DNA of 64,000 nucleotides. Origin: Camelus dromedarius (Eukaryota). Positions 1 through 12,671 of the stretch are shown one piece after another; position 1 is the first letter of the stretch; each line of letters begins with the position of its first letter. Below the pieces are notes generated by a model. The model ran no database searches, was not told the origin of the DNA, and was given only the letters and a program-made list of their open reading frames with translations. The position numbers and the translations under genes were made by a program. Where the stretch lies: assembly GCF_036321535.1 (NCBI RefSeq), contig NC_087438.1:5458001-5522000 (forward strand), written 5' to 3'.

Positions 1-763
1 TCGGGCTAAGGGGTTGGAGGTGACGAGGACAAGTATGCACAGATACCCGAGGGTCGGCCACGATCAGCGGTGGAATAGACCTCTCGCTGGTCTTGGTGGT
101 TTCTTAACTTTCACGTCAGATACCCTGTCTGGGTCCGTTACGCTGAATGAGATGGTAATAGAGGTTATGCTTATTGGACACTTATGAACATTGAAAATGA
201 AGTTGAGGAATCAACTTTTTCAAAGCTCTGGAAATTAACAGGCTTGTGGCAGACTGGGGAAAACTTGAAAACATGAATGTAACTAGTTTTGGAGAAGCAG
301 ATTGGGTTAGTTGGGCCGATTTGTTTGTTTTTTGCAGTTAGTATTATTTTATTTCTAAGTTAGCATATTATAATTTTTTCCACAATTAAAGGAAGTCATT
401 TTTTAGTTATCTGCTTAGAATCCTTTGAACTGGAGTTGAGTCAGTCTGAAATTCTTTTTGAGGATAATGGGCAGTGGTGATGGGCGTTTTGTTCCCCGGT
501 TGTGGGTGATTTCCCTCTTGTTTGTTATACCTAGACTTGGTGGATGTGGCTAATACAGTCATTCTGTTGAATTCATAGTAATTTTTTTGGTAAAGTGTGT
601 TTTTCTGCTGTCTTCCTCTTGGGGAGATGTTTTTAACTGACTAAACTTTGTCACAAGTCATACTATACTTTGACAGCACAATAATGTGAAATATTAGCTA
701 TTTGTGTTTTTAGGGATTGAACTTTACTTTGTGTCACGAACTCTCTCCCGTCTTCCTGAAAAG

Positions 764-852
764 GAGCAGCCTTGCCCCAGCATGTACCCGAGGGCTGTTC
801 TCTGCGCTTCCTTTTCACCTGGTGCCTTGAAATACGAGCAGTTCCTAAAAAG
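764..852 (+). CDS. MTRR: Methionine synthase reductase coding exon (human exon 8 equivalent); gene begins upstream of the window
   Basis: aag|GA acceptor and AAG|gtatat donor; 89 bp; encodes (G)[29 protein letters not shown], recognisable as the MTRR connecting domain. Confidence 0.95.
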
Positions 853-2739
853 GTATATATATATATTTTAATTATTTGTGTTTGGCTGACTGTGCTTGCC
901 TCTGTGTACGGTTTATTAAATCTGGTATTTGCAGATTTTGAAGGCTTAGAAAATATGGTCCTCACAGCATGTGTTCAAAACAGTTCCCCGGGTGTGTGGT
1001 ATCTTTGTAATTGTCAAGGATAAATATGTTTTTTGTTGTGCTTATTTTGAAATTTTGTTTTCTACTGAAATGAGGTTGTTAAAGTAGGGCTGTTTCTTAG
1101 TCCTGTTTTATTTACTAGACTTTCACTGGAAGGGGAGAGTGGCCCTAGTGACTTGTGCTCTCCAGCTGCGCACGGACACCTCTGGTTGATGACAGGAAGC
1201 GCGTGGGAGGGTATGCTTTCCGCTACCTGCCACCTGCTTAATGTTGTGAAGACCCTTTTTGTGTAGAAATCTGTATTACTGTGTCAGAATTCAGGGAAAA
1301 TTGAAGGGGTTTGGTAGGTTGTGTTGGTAATTTAAATGAATTTGGAGACAGAGCCCCTAGATGTCAGTATTGTGCCTGGCACGACTGACATTGTTGTATT
1401 AAATGGAGCTTGTGTTGCCAATAAACATAAATAGTGCTATTATTAGGCTGCCCTGTCCGCAGTGCAGTGTGTAGTCTCTGTTTTATTAATGCGTTTGTTA
1501 ATTTATTAATGTGTTTACTGCATTTGTGGTCTTTGGGAAGTAAACTACTTTAGAGAGAAGTTTAGCCCCAGATGTAATTTGAGTAAATTTACAGTTTACT
1601 GTCATGTGAACTTCTTGATTAAATAACTCAGTTTTAGTTCAGCTTTACAATTTCTGAACATTTCATAAAGTATGTATTTAAAAATACATTTTTCTTTACT
1701 ACATAAGCAATCTGCTTATAAAATTTCCACACAGAAGTAAGTAACTTAGGAAATGAAAGTCCTCTATAGTCAAACCCTCACTTGAGTTTTGTTTTGCTGA
1801 GGAAAAGCGAGGTCATGCAGTCTATGTGCTGTTCTATGACACGCCTTTTTCACTTAAAAAGAAATCATGAGTTTGGATATCCCAGCATGGAAAGGTGCTG
1901 GAGATACTTTTAAAATACGCTGTTGGTGCAACATAATTGATTTGATTGTGAACAGTTGGTTGTTTACAGTTTTCCACTGTTAAAAACAAAACTAGGTGAA
2001 CATTCTAGTACTGTGTTCATCTTTGTACACTTGTTTGAAGCCTTTTTTAAAATTCCTCGGAGTAGAATTACTAGGTTAAAAATATTTCTAGATTAAATTT
2101 TAGTTATGTTTGTTAGCTTGTTCTCTGCACAGTGCAGTATTTCCTGTTTTAGTACCAGAAAGTTTTCTGTAACTGTAAAGTGGAAAATATTTTAAGGGAT
2201 TTACAGTTGCTATTATTTCAGCCTGTAACTTAGGAAATTTTATCGACTGGAGAAATTGTGGTGCGAAGCATTCTTGGTAAAGTCCCGTTCTACCAGAGAC
2301 TCTTGCAGGGACCGGGGCTTCCTTCCGCAGTGTTTCCCAGGGGTGGCTCTGTGTCCGGGGCTTTGAAGAAGCCATGTAGTTGTTTGTCCCTGGAGAGTTC
2401 AGGTAGGGGTTCTGGGCGAGGCCAGTGGACATCCGTGACCTGCAGGCGCTGGACCTAGTCGTCCCTGCTAAGGGCGCCCAGGCCCCGGGGTCCGTGGGGG
2501 CCACGGAGTGAAAGTAGGGGTGCCCTCTGGCGTTTCAGCAGCACTGATGCAGGTGACATGCCCAGATGCCTCGCTTCCCTGGAGCAACGAGAGCCGCGTG
2601 TGCAACGTGATGGGCACACTTGGAAGCACGTTGAAACAAATGTAACGAGCAAGTGTGGATTCGCTTGGGTACTTGAGGCTGGGATTCGGGGCTTTACTTT
2701 ACTGTTTGTGCTCTCCTTTTCCCGCTGCGGATCCGAGGA

Positions 2740-3460
2740 GACAGAGCCGCGTGCAGGGCGTCTCGCTGTCCTGGCCCCCGCCGTTTTGTTCTGCGGCCTC
2801 TGCTCCGCGGCCACACGTCCCGTCTGTGCCGACCTGCGCCTGCTCTCCCGAGCCGGGCCTCGCCTGCCTCCCGGCCCTGGGGTAGCCCCGTCATCCGCCT
2901 GGCTGTGCTTCACTCCGCCTTCCCCGTGGCCGGCCTTCCGCTCAGCCTTCGTTCCGGAAGCCCCTGGCCTCAGAAGCCCCTGACATCCGTGGGCCCCTGT
3001 TGGGTCGCTGGCCAGTCCCCGCTAATGACTTAGTGCCTTCGTTGCTCTCGCCACCCTCGAACCCCGATGGGCAGGTTGGGCCTCATCTTGTGCCCAGTGC
3101 CTGTCAGAGGAGCGGCACTCAGCAGTTGTCCAGTAACTGTAGGTGGCAGTGGTCAGCTAAGACGAGGACAGGCATCGTGGCCTGGGGTAACGATGCGTAG
3201 TTACAGGCCTTCCTTTGCCCCTGCCACAGGCGTTTCTGCGAGCGCTTGTGGACCACACCAGCGACGGCGCGGAAAGGCGGCGGCTGCAGGAGCTGTGCAG
3301 CCGGCAGGGGGCGCCCGACTACAACCGGCTCGTCAGGGACGCCCGCGCCTGCGTGCTGGGCCTCCTGCGGGCCTTCCCGTCCTGCCGGCCCCCGCTCGGC
3401 CTCCTGCTCGGTGAGTGGTGCGGGGGCGGCCTCTCCGGGGAAGAGCGCCTTTGAGTTCCC
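2740..3460. other. Intragenic GC/CpG-rich patch spanning MTRR exon 9
   Basis: Exon 3230-3410 is 136/181 G+C (75%) with dense CpG; intron 2740-2980 is similarly CpG-rich; flanks at 1500-2200 and 4400-5300 are strongly AT-rich. Confidence 0.8.
3230..3410 (+). CDS. MTRR: Methionine synthase reductase coding exon (exon 9 equivalent)
   Basis: cacag|GCG acceptor, CTCG|gtgagt donor; 181 bp; [60 protein letters not shown](E); phase continuous with neighbours. Confidence 0.96.
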
Positions 3461-5337
3461 TGCAGGCGCCTGGGAGCACATCTCAGTGACTGGTCTGTAA
3501 GTGGTCTTCCCGTTTGTCCCAGGGCGCCTGGACATCTGAACTGCCTTGAAGTTAAAGAATCTCTCTTCCAAGCATTTACATTTAAAAAATTTCTCTTTCC
3601 TACCATTGTCACTGTCACTTGCTCTCTTAATATAGCCAGTTTTCATTCTGTTTTTCAGAAAGCATTTGGCCAAATTTTATCTAAAAACGAGCTTCCCAAG
3701 GGAGACTCGTTTTCAAAGATAATGATAATTGATGGAGTTTGATAAAGCACACGCTCTGTGTGCAGAGACAGAAATAGAAATGCCCCGTCCTGGCAAACTG
3801 AGATTTAGGGTTTTTGAAGAGCCAAAGGGGGCTCCTCATGTCGGACCAGTACAGACACGTGGCCTTACTCAGGATGCCTCTGGGGGTTAGGCTTGTGAGG
3901 GACCCTTCACAAAACATCCGAATGTAAGACCACCCTGGTTTTTGTCCAGATTGTTTCTCCCTGGCCTCGTACTCCCGCAGAGGAGTGGCAGGAACTGGAG
4001 ACGTTTACCAGGGACAGTGCCTGTAAGAATTTTATAGGATTTTAAAACCTTTATTATTTCCTATGCTTGTAGTTTCATCATCTCATCTGTTTTCCTATGG
4101 TGATAAGCAGTGAAATGTTTGGGACTTGCATCAGTCTTGGGTGACAGGAGAACATGGACGCTGGCCAGCAAGGTCCCTTTTGATGCCCAGGACAGGAGGG
4201 GGGCCTCTCCTTTACAAGTCGGGCCCTGCTTGCTTTTCGTTTTTATTTATTAGTATTTTCCTTCCTCCTCCTCAGGATGGTGAGGCTGCTCTTCCTATTT
4301 CCCTTTCAAATGAACGTTCTCACCCTCATCGGTCCAGTCTTGAGCTAATGAGGGGTTGGTGACCCGTCAGAATGCGTGTAGGGCAGTTCTAGGAAGTCTC
4401 GTAAAGCTGTTCATCACCGAGAACGTGTTTCAGTCCTTTTTACAAATTTCCTGTTACTTTTTTAAACTTATATATATCACTTATTAGATATGTAAAAAAA
4501 GAGACTTATAAAAATTTTAGTTATTTTCTAACTTTGTCAGAAAACTTAATATATTTAAAGGTTAGTACTAAGTCAAGCCCTCTATTAAACCTTATTCTGA
4601 TATTACGACTGTAAGATATCTTAGAAAAGTCTTTCCAAATTTTGGAGAAATAACTGTCTATAATGTACTGAACACAATGTCCAGTCTGTTAGTGGACAGT
4701 TAGGTATTCAAATATTGACACTTCTTAATCTTCTTTTAAAAGTGTACCTATGTGTCTGGAAACCACTTGGTTTCTGGATCATTTGATTATATTTCACCGT
4801 TACACTCCTATTTTTTGTCACTGCCATATTAATATAAAAAAGAAAAATATTTCAAGCCTGAGCATTTTCCACAGCCCTTAAAATAGTGGTCTTTTATCTT
4901 TTTTGGGTCATTATCTTAATAATCTGAAAACTCTGGACATTGTGCCCCAGAAATGTGTGTGTACTCACACAGGTGCACACACAGGGTGTACTTTTCCCTG
5001 ATTATGAAGCACATTCATGGATCCTGTTCTTCTCATCCTTCAGTGTGAAAAAAAAAACCAGCCCAGCCTTTAGGTAGACATACTGAGTTCAGATTGAGGA
5101 AATGCGATATGTCTGGTCTTTAAGAATTGGAAAAAATATTTAGTAATATTTTACTTAGACACAGTGAATTTACTCTAAAATAAGTAAATGTGTGCTGTAA
5201 AATACGATTTAAAACTAAAACATGCTGTTTTGAATATTCCAAATAAGAGAAAACGAATCAAATTCAGACCTTGAATTTTCGCATATAATTTGTTTTCAGT
5301 AAAAATGAATTAATAACTGCTTATTATTTTCTTCTAG

Positions 5338-5380
5338 AGCATCTTCCTAAGCTGCAACCCAGACCGTACTCCTGTGCAAG
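5338..5380 (+). CDS. MTRR: Methionine synthase reductase coding exon (exon 10 equivalent), FAD-binding RxYS motif
   Basis: ttttcttctag|AG acceptor, CAAG|gtactg donor; 43 bp; (E)HLPKLQPRPYSCA(S); too short to appear in the ORF track. Confidence 0.96.
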
Positions 5381-5923
5381 GTACTGATGTTCATTAGCAC
5401 GATACACGGCGTCTTTCTCCTAAGACGTGATGAAACTCTTGACTTCTAAATCTTTAGTAGCTGCAAGTTCATTTACTGAAAGCTGCTCAGGTTTGTGGAA
5501 GACAGCGGCAGGCGTGATAGGGATGAGGATGAAGACTGGGCTTCGACTCCTGTCCTCTAGGAGTTCATAGGGTGTGGAATCTTCAGTGGCTCCCATGGTT
5601 CCCCTCTTAGCGAGCGTCCAAATCCTCCATCTGCTGCCTTGATTGGTGTGCCCAGTGCCGTCCCTGGGGTAGGGAGGAGACAGGGAAGTTTGTGTGAATC
5701 CTGTCTAATCTTGGAGGCAGGCAGGTAACTGGAAGCTTTCCTAAATGATGTAAAGCTGGAGGCCGGGGTGGCTTTGCAGTAGGGAACAGAGCTGCTCTCG
5801 GAAGAGTCAGAAGGTGGGTCAGAGCCTATTAGGAAGCACCCGTCAGTGCAGTGAGAAGGCCTAGTTTGGCCTGTGTGTGCTCATCCTAATGCGGCTTTTA
5901 AAACCCCGTCTTTGTCTTTGCAG

Positions 5924-6110
5924 CTCCAGTCTGTTTCACCCAGGGAAGCTTCATTTCATTTTTAACGTTGTGGAGTTTCCCTCTGACTCCACAGCGGGGG
6001 TCCCGCGCAGGGGTGTGTGCACAGGCTGGCTGGCCACGCTGGTTGAATCGATACTTCAGCCAAACACGCGTGCGCCCCCTGCAGACGGCGAAGAGGCCCT
6101 GGCTCCCCAG
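5924..6110 (+). CDS. MTRR: Methionine synthase reductase coding exon (exon 11 equivalent)
   Basis: ctttgcag|C acceptor, CAG|gtacga donor; 187 bp; [18 protein letters not shown]...RRGVCTGWL...ALAPQ, includes the GxC(S/T) FAD-phosphate motif. Confidence 0.96.
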
Positions 6111-8747
6111 GTACGACGAGTGTGCGGTTTCGGGATCTCTGAAACTGCCATTTGCCTGGTTAGAAACAGCAGTGGAGTGTCTCCTGCTTTGTCCGTTGCT
6201 GTCAGTGTTTCAGAGAAAATTTATGCCACACTTGAATTTTAAAATCTCTTTTGGAAAGTCAGGAAACATTACTTTCACTCACTGTTAAATAGTCTGTATT
6301 TTCTAAATGTGTAACGTGTGGATTTCAGATAATACAGTCTTTCCTCCTGGCTTGTCACAGTCATGGAGGAGGAGACCTTTTCTGTTAATGTTCTTGGCAG
6401 ATTGGCTCAGGAAGAGTCGGGTGACTCGTAACAGCTCATCTTACATTCAGTCTGTATCCTGTGTTCCGAATAAGTCACTTTAAAATGGTAGTCAGTTGAC
6501 AACTGAAGATTAATTTTATGTCCTTCAACTATGAATAGTAGGATTTTCCCCTGCCCTTGTTCCTTCCCCTTTTGTCAGGGCCATGGTATTATTTTGTATT
6601 TTGATCCACACTTGGTAGAATCTCATTAGAGACCACATATTGGGGACCAGTTACTGTTGTCCCTCCTCGCTGGTGAGGATGGTTGAAATTAAAAAAAAAA
6701 AAAAAAATCAGTCTTTATCATGAAGTCTCCATGGTATTGAAAAATGAACACATCATTTGTAGTGTTATCTTATTACTGGTTTGGTTGCTGTAAGTTACTG
6801 AAGTTGAAAGCACTTAGTGGGGATTAAGATTTCTGGTATATAGTTGAGGCTTAAGGGAAGATTAGTGCTTGAAATTGCCTTTTAACTTGGTATTTTCCCA
6901 GTGTGCTGCCTGGACCAGAGGTGCTTTGCTGTGTGTGGCCCTCGGACTCTTAGATTATTATGCACTAGTAAAATACTGAGAACCTGGGAAATTTCTTTTT
7001 TGAAAAGAAACACTATAGTACTGACATAAAGTATTACGTCACTTCATGATCATTCATGATCACAGCAGATGCTCTCCAGAATGTTACAAAAAAGCATATT
7101 GATAACGTCTTACAAACAGTAAGCATTCTCTTTCACGCATTCTCCCCCCATCCTCCCTTCTTCCTTTCCCATTTATATAAAGGATATAATTTAAAATTAC
7201 TTAAATTTCAACATGCTGATAGTACTGTATTTCATTAGGAAGTGGAGACCACGTTAACGTTCACATGATCCGTCCGCCACACACCCTCCCCCAGCTGGTA
7301 GACAGTACAGTTGTTCACAGGTGTCCCTGCTGTGGAGGGGGTAGGCTTCCTTTCTCGCCGATGCTTAGCCTGGCCAGTGGACCAGCCCTGGCAGTGAGGG
7401 GTGAGCAGGCAGGATTATGTCACCTTTGAGCAGGAGCTCTGAGCAGGTGGCGTGGCATGTGGCTCGCCTCCCTTGCCCTTTCCCTCTGACGTCAGGTGGG
7501 GTGATCCAGGTCAGGGGTGCTCCTCGGGTTTGGATCCAGGTGGAGGAGATCGTGGTGCAAAGCTGCAGCCTTTGGGGAGAGCCGGCGGTGAGCGTCTGGT
7601 CTCCTTGCCGCCCGTGCCTGGAAGACGGCAGTGAGCTCTCGTTAACGCTTCCTGCCGCACCCTTCACATCCTGTTTTCTTTTGCTTCCTGGGACTTACCA
7701 CTACCTGTCAGTCCATAGATATATGTGTGTTTATTGTCTTTTCCACCCATGTAGTGTAAGTCTCACAAAGATGGAGGTGATTTTGTTCATTTCTCAGTTG
7801 TACTGCTTGTCATGTTGAGTACCTTCTATAAAATCAAGGGAAGGAATCAAGTGAATCAGGCTAATGTGATGTTAATCACAGTTTCATTCCAAAACGAGAA
7901 TGAAACCATAGCCATTTGACACAGCTCTGCCAGTTCTTCATTTAAAAAGTACTGTGTTCATCCTGTTGATGAACTTCATACGATTTTTCTCTAATTAGAG
8001 GTTAAAATACTTAGTTACACAGGCGAGGAATGTGGGAAAGATTCCTGTCTGTCTTGACTGTTAGTGCCACTCAGTGCAACTGGAGGATACACGTGTTTAC
8101 AAATTGATAACTGGTGGGCATCCTTGGCACATGATTTAGAAGGAAAACCTTTCGAAATTGTAACCAAGAAATTTTGCTTATCTGTCTATCACTTATTCTT
8201 CTAGTTTTGCAACAAAACACAAATAACATTGGACCTAGAGTAACAAATACAGCCCAGTTCTCTACACCTTCGGAGTAGCCCCTTAATTCCCCTTCTGGTT
8301 GCCAGATTGGGCCTAAAGCTGTCTCCCCATCTTGAGGGCAGTCTTCATTGTCCTTCATGTCCTAACACGAAGGGTCATGTGTCTGTTTTTTGTGCATTTC
8401 TTCATGCTGCATAGAATCGGTTGCCTACTAGGAAGCAGGTCCTTTTCTTGGGCCTGGAGAAAGAGTCTGATTATTATTTATTCAGTGTTCTTCCTCAGAA
8501 ATATCATGCCTATCATTCTTAAAACACCTTTGACTTGGAAAGAAAAGAAAAATTTGTGAGACAGACTCATTTCTCTGCATTGACAGGTGTGTTTGTGGTT
8601 TCAGTGAGATTTAATGCTGCAGTTTAGTTTTATGATGCTTCTTTGAGGGAAGTCGTACTTTCTGGTTTCTTCAGCAGAGATCACCTTGGTTACATGTTTT
8701 TGTCTAGGTATTTTTTGAACTTAACGACCATTGGCTTAATATTTCAG

Positions 8748-8866
8748 ATAACCATCTCTCCTCGAACGACAAATTTTTTCCACTTACCGAATGACCCCTC
8801 CGCCCCTGTCATAATGGTGGGACCAGGAGCGGGCGTGGCGCCCTTCATTGGTTTCCTGCAGCACAG
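8748..8866 (+). CDS. MTRR: Methionine synthase reductase coding exon (exon 12 equivalent), start of NADPH-binding domain
   Basis: atttcag|ATA acceptor, CAG|gtgtgt donor; 119 bp; [39 protein letters not shown](R). Confidence 0.96.
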
Positions 8867-9818
8867 GTGTGTGCTTTCTTTGGCTGGTGAGAAATGTACC
8901 CCTTGAGATCCTGGGTGGGAATATAATAGAGGACTTTTCTGTTTCTTTGGTAGTTTTTAGAACATTGGACTTTGGTTGTAAAATTTTTATTTTAAAAAAT
9001 TATTATCAAGTGTGTGATAGCATAATTTGTCCCCGTGGGAGAAGTAAATGTATCTTCTGGGGATGCTGCTCTGTGCTGGAACGTCCCTTTCCGCTGCAGT
9101 GCTGTGTCCCGTCTTGTCCCCCCGGCGCCCCCCCTCCCACTGCACTGTGGTTTATAGTGCATGTAGCTGGGGACAGATCTCAGGCACACCTTGATGCTGC
9201 TCTGATGTCAGCCACTCCTTAACTGGATGAAGTCAGCAGTAACAGAGATCCAGTTATACCACAGGTTTCAAAGTTAAACCCCCGACACCAGTAATTTTCA
9301 ACAGAATGATATTAATACATGTATCTTTGTATCAGAACACAACTATTTGATATAAAATAAGTAGATGAAATTGTGCTTCTCTTCCTGTTTGTGAAATAAC
9401 AATTCTTATGTAATGTTCCCTGGACAGTGTAGCAATATCCTTTGGACAGAGTCTTTCTTGCTGTTTTATTTTCTTTTGTTTTATTTCTTTCCTTAAAGCA
9501 AAAAGGTAATGGCAGATACACTCAGTGTGATCCTTGGAGGGGCCATTATTTCTGAAACGTTTCACAGCAAGTCATCCTACCTTTTCAGCCACTTTTCCAT
9601 TTTATTAATTGAGTTAATTTTATTCATAAAATTATAATTAATATTTAATGTAGAAGTTAGGCTTCACACTGGTATTTTGAATGAGCCCATGATAGAGATA
9701 ACGTAGAAAGTGCGTAGGTGATGCTAGCTCGCCAGCCAGCTCGTTTTAGCGTCTGCTGCAGTGGCTCAGGCTCCCCGTGGGCGGTAAGAGGTGAATTCAA
9801 TAAGTGGACTTTCCGTGA

Positions 9819-10301
<483 letters not shown>

Positions 10302-11844
10302 GTAAGTGGCCACGTGCTCAGGTGGCAGAGGGGAGGGCGGTCGGTGATGCTTGCTAAAGAAACAGGGCCGATCAGTTAATAATCTAGACACGTACGGGTG
10401 AGAGATTTGATTCTTAAGGACAGGGATAGAAATACAAATTCTGGTATGATTTTAACATACGTTTAATAGTCACGAAATTGTTGTTATCAGGAAAATGGTG
10501 AAAATTAAGTCATGCACTGGGGAATGGTTTGTGCTGCTTTAAATACATGTTTTAGGCTCTAAAAGTCATGCTGTGTTAAGCTGGTGACCCTTTAACCTGG
10601 AGTTTCAGGATTCATGCTGTTATGTCGCAGAGTGTGTGCTTTGTGCAGTTGACCTAGCTAAGGAGAAAAGCTTTGGTTTTGACTCAGAACGTGGATCTGG
10701 GATTCTTTTTCTTCACCGCGTAATTTGTAGTGTCAGAGTGGGCATAGCCAGGAGTCATTCTTAGGTTTTATTTTATTTTTTGAGGAAGCATTTGTTATAG
10801 AAACCTGAGATCACCAAAGAGAGTAAAAATGTTAGGATCTTGGCTGCTTGTTTTAATGGAACTCAAGGAATTTTTGCTAGATTTTTAAAAAGGAGTTTTG
10901 AAGTAAAGAATTACTCTTTTTAATTCTAATAGATCCCTGGCATTTGAAACATTCACTAAGTCACCAAGTCAAGTTTTGGGGTATTTTTAAGCTGTGATAC
11001 AGAAAAAGAAATACTGGCATAATGACCTATAAGTATAATTAAACAAGAGCTAACTTTTCTGACTTATTCTTTAGGACACATTCTGGTAACTTCTGTTTTG
11101 TTTGTTTCATTAAAAAAAAAAACTAACTGTGGGTATTAAGTTGATTTCACGACCCGTTAGTGACTCAGCTAGAAAACACTGCTTTAGGTCTTAAAGGGCA
11201 GAGATTGTTGGTTTACGTTTTCATTCACTTTTAATGAAGTATTTGGTCTTCGTTTTGTTTGTAAAGGACAGTGCTGTCAGTGTCAGAGGCTGGCGTCGTA
11301 GATGCCCCTGTAATAATAGAGCTGAAGTCCATTGTGCAAATACATACGTACAAATGTATCAGTAACTGGTAATTGAGAATTGGAGGATTTCTTAAACATC
11401 CAAACTCTTAAAACATTAACCCAGAAATAACTCTTTACCATAACTGGTGCTTCATTTTCACCCCTCTGGAGTGAAGTCGATAGGGTTCGCAGCTGGTCAG
11501 GCGAGGGCTCAGAAGGAAACCCCACTCACTTTAACATGGACCGAGCAAAGGAGACTGAGAAGGAACAGCCACGCAAAAAGAGCGAACTTGTCCCTAAGCC
11601 TGGGGACACTGTCTCAAGGGGGAGCCTTTGCTGCTGATAGTCAAGTAAAAAGGGGACAGAGAAAGGACCAGTAGGTTTAGTGACTGGCAGCCCCTGAGCC
11701 ATGGGGACAGAAGCTTTCTTGGAGTCGTTGAGAGAGTGTGATGAGGAAGTTGAGACAGCCTTTCTTTATGCACGATTTTCTCAGGAAGTTTTATTGTAAG
11801 TGACAGGATAAGCTCAAGTTCTGACACTAGAGTGCTGTCTGACA

Positions 11845-12130
11845 CTTTTATTCATTCAACAAACAAACGAGTGTGTACTGAGCGCTTTGGCACTGTACGG
11901 ATGTCAGAGAAACGGGACATCAAGGAGGTAGACTCCGCACCCCAAACCACCCCCTCCGTGGGAAAGGCCGGTCAGCAGATGCTCGGGGATGGCAGGTGCT
12001 GCTTGGGGGCTGCGTGCGCAATCGGGAGGGGCGCCTCGCCCGTCCTGCGGGTGAAGGAGCTGGGACGTGGAAGAGCTCTCAGTGAGAGCCGAGGCCCTCA
12101 GCAGGTGCTCAGTAAATGTGTCCGTGAGTA
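11845..12130 (-). mobile_element. L2 3'-end fragment (degenerate, GC-enriched)
   Basis: ttattcattcaacaaac...tactgagcgc..ggcactgt is the typical antisense L2 tail; boundaries approximate. Confidence 0.5.
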
Positions 12131-12529
12131 ACTGCGTGTGCACGTGTGAGCGTGCATGTGCAGGCCTAGTGGTGTAAAGGCAGCTTGTTCTCAGGAGTGC
12201 AAGTCACTCTGTGTGCCTTGAGAACAGAGGGAAGACAGGTGTGAAGGGGTGGGTTGTGAGGTCCTCAAACACAGATTTCGGCTGCTCCCGGAGCAGGGAC
12301 GCCTTTGAAGGATGTTGAGCCATGAGCAGTGTGGTCCCCGTGAAGGCCTGGCGTTGCGGGGGTGATAGGTGACTGAGGCTGGGAGGCCTGTGGAACACTT
12401 TCTAGATGCACGGAGGGAGGACTGAGGTGTCGTGATAGTGGAGCCACCAGCAATGAGATTGTGAATTCAGGAGGATTTGGTAAAAATTCCCGTTTCTTGA
12501 GCATCAATGCTGTTGTTCTTTTTTTGTAG

Positions 12530-12671
12530 AGACGCTAAGAATATGGCTAAGGATGTGAATGATGCCCTTGTGGAAGTAATAAGCAAAGAGGTTGGAGTTG
12601 AGAAACTAGAAGCAATGAGAACACTGGCTACTTTAAAAGAAGAAAAACGGTATCTTCAGGATATTTGGTGA
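12530..12671 (+). CDS. MTRR: Methionine synthase reductase last coding exon (exon 15 equivalent), to stop codon
   Basis: tttttgtag|A acceptor; [46 protein letters not shown], then TGA (12669-12671) and TAA (12672-12674). Confidence 0.96.

Noticed and set aside
2455..3673. Multiple overlapping 100-180 aa ORFs on both strands
   Set aside because: By-product of high GC (few stop codons); only 3230-3410 has splice sites and homology.
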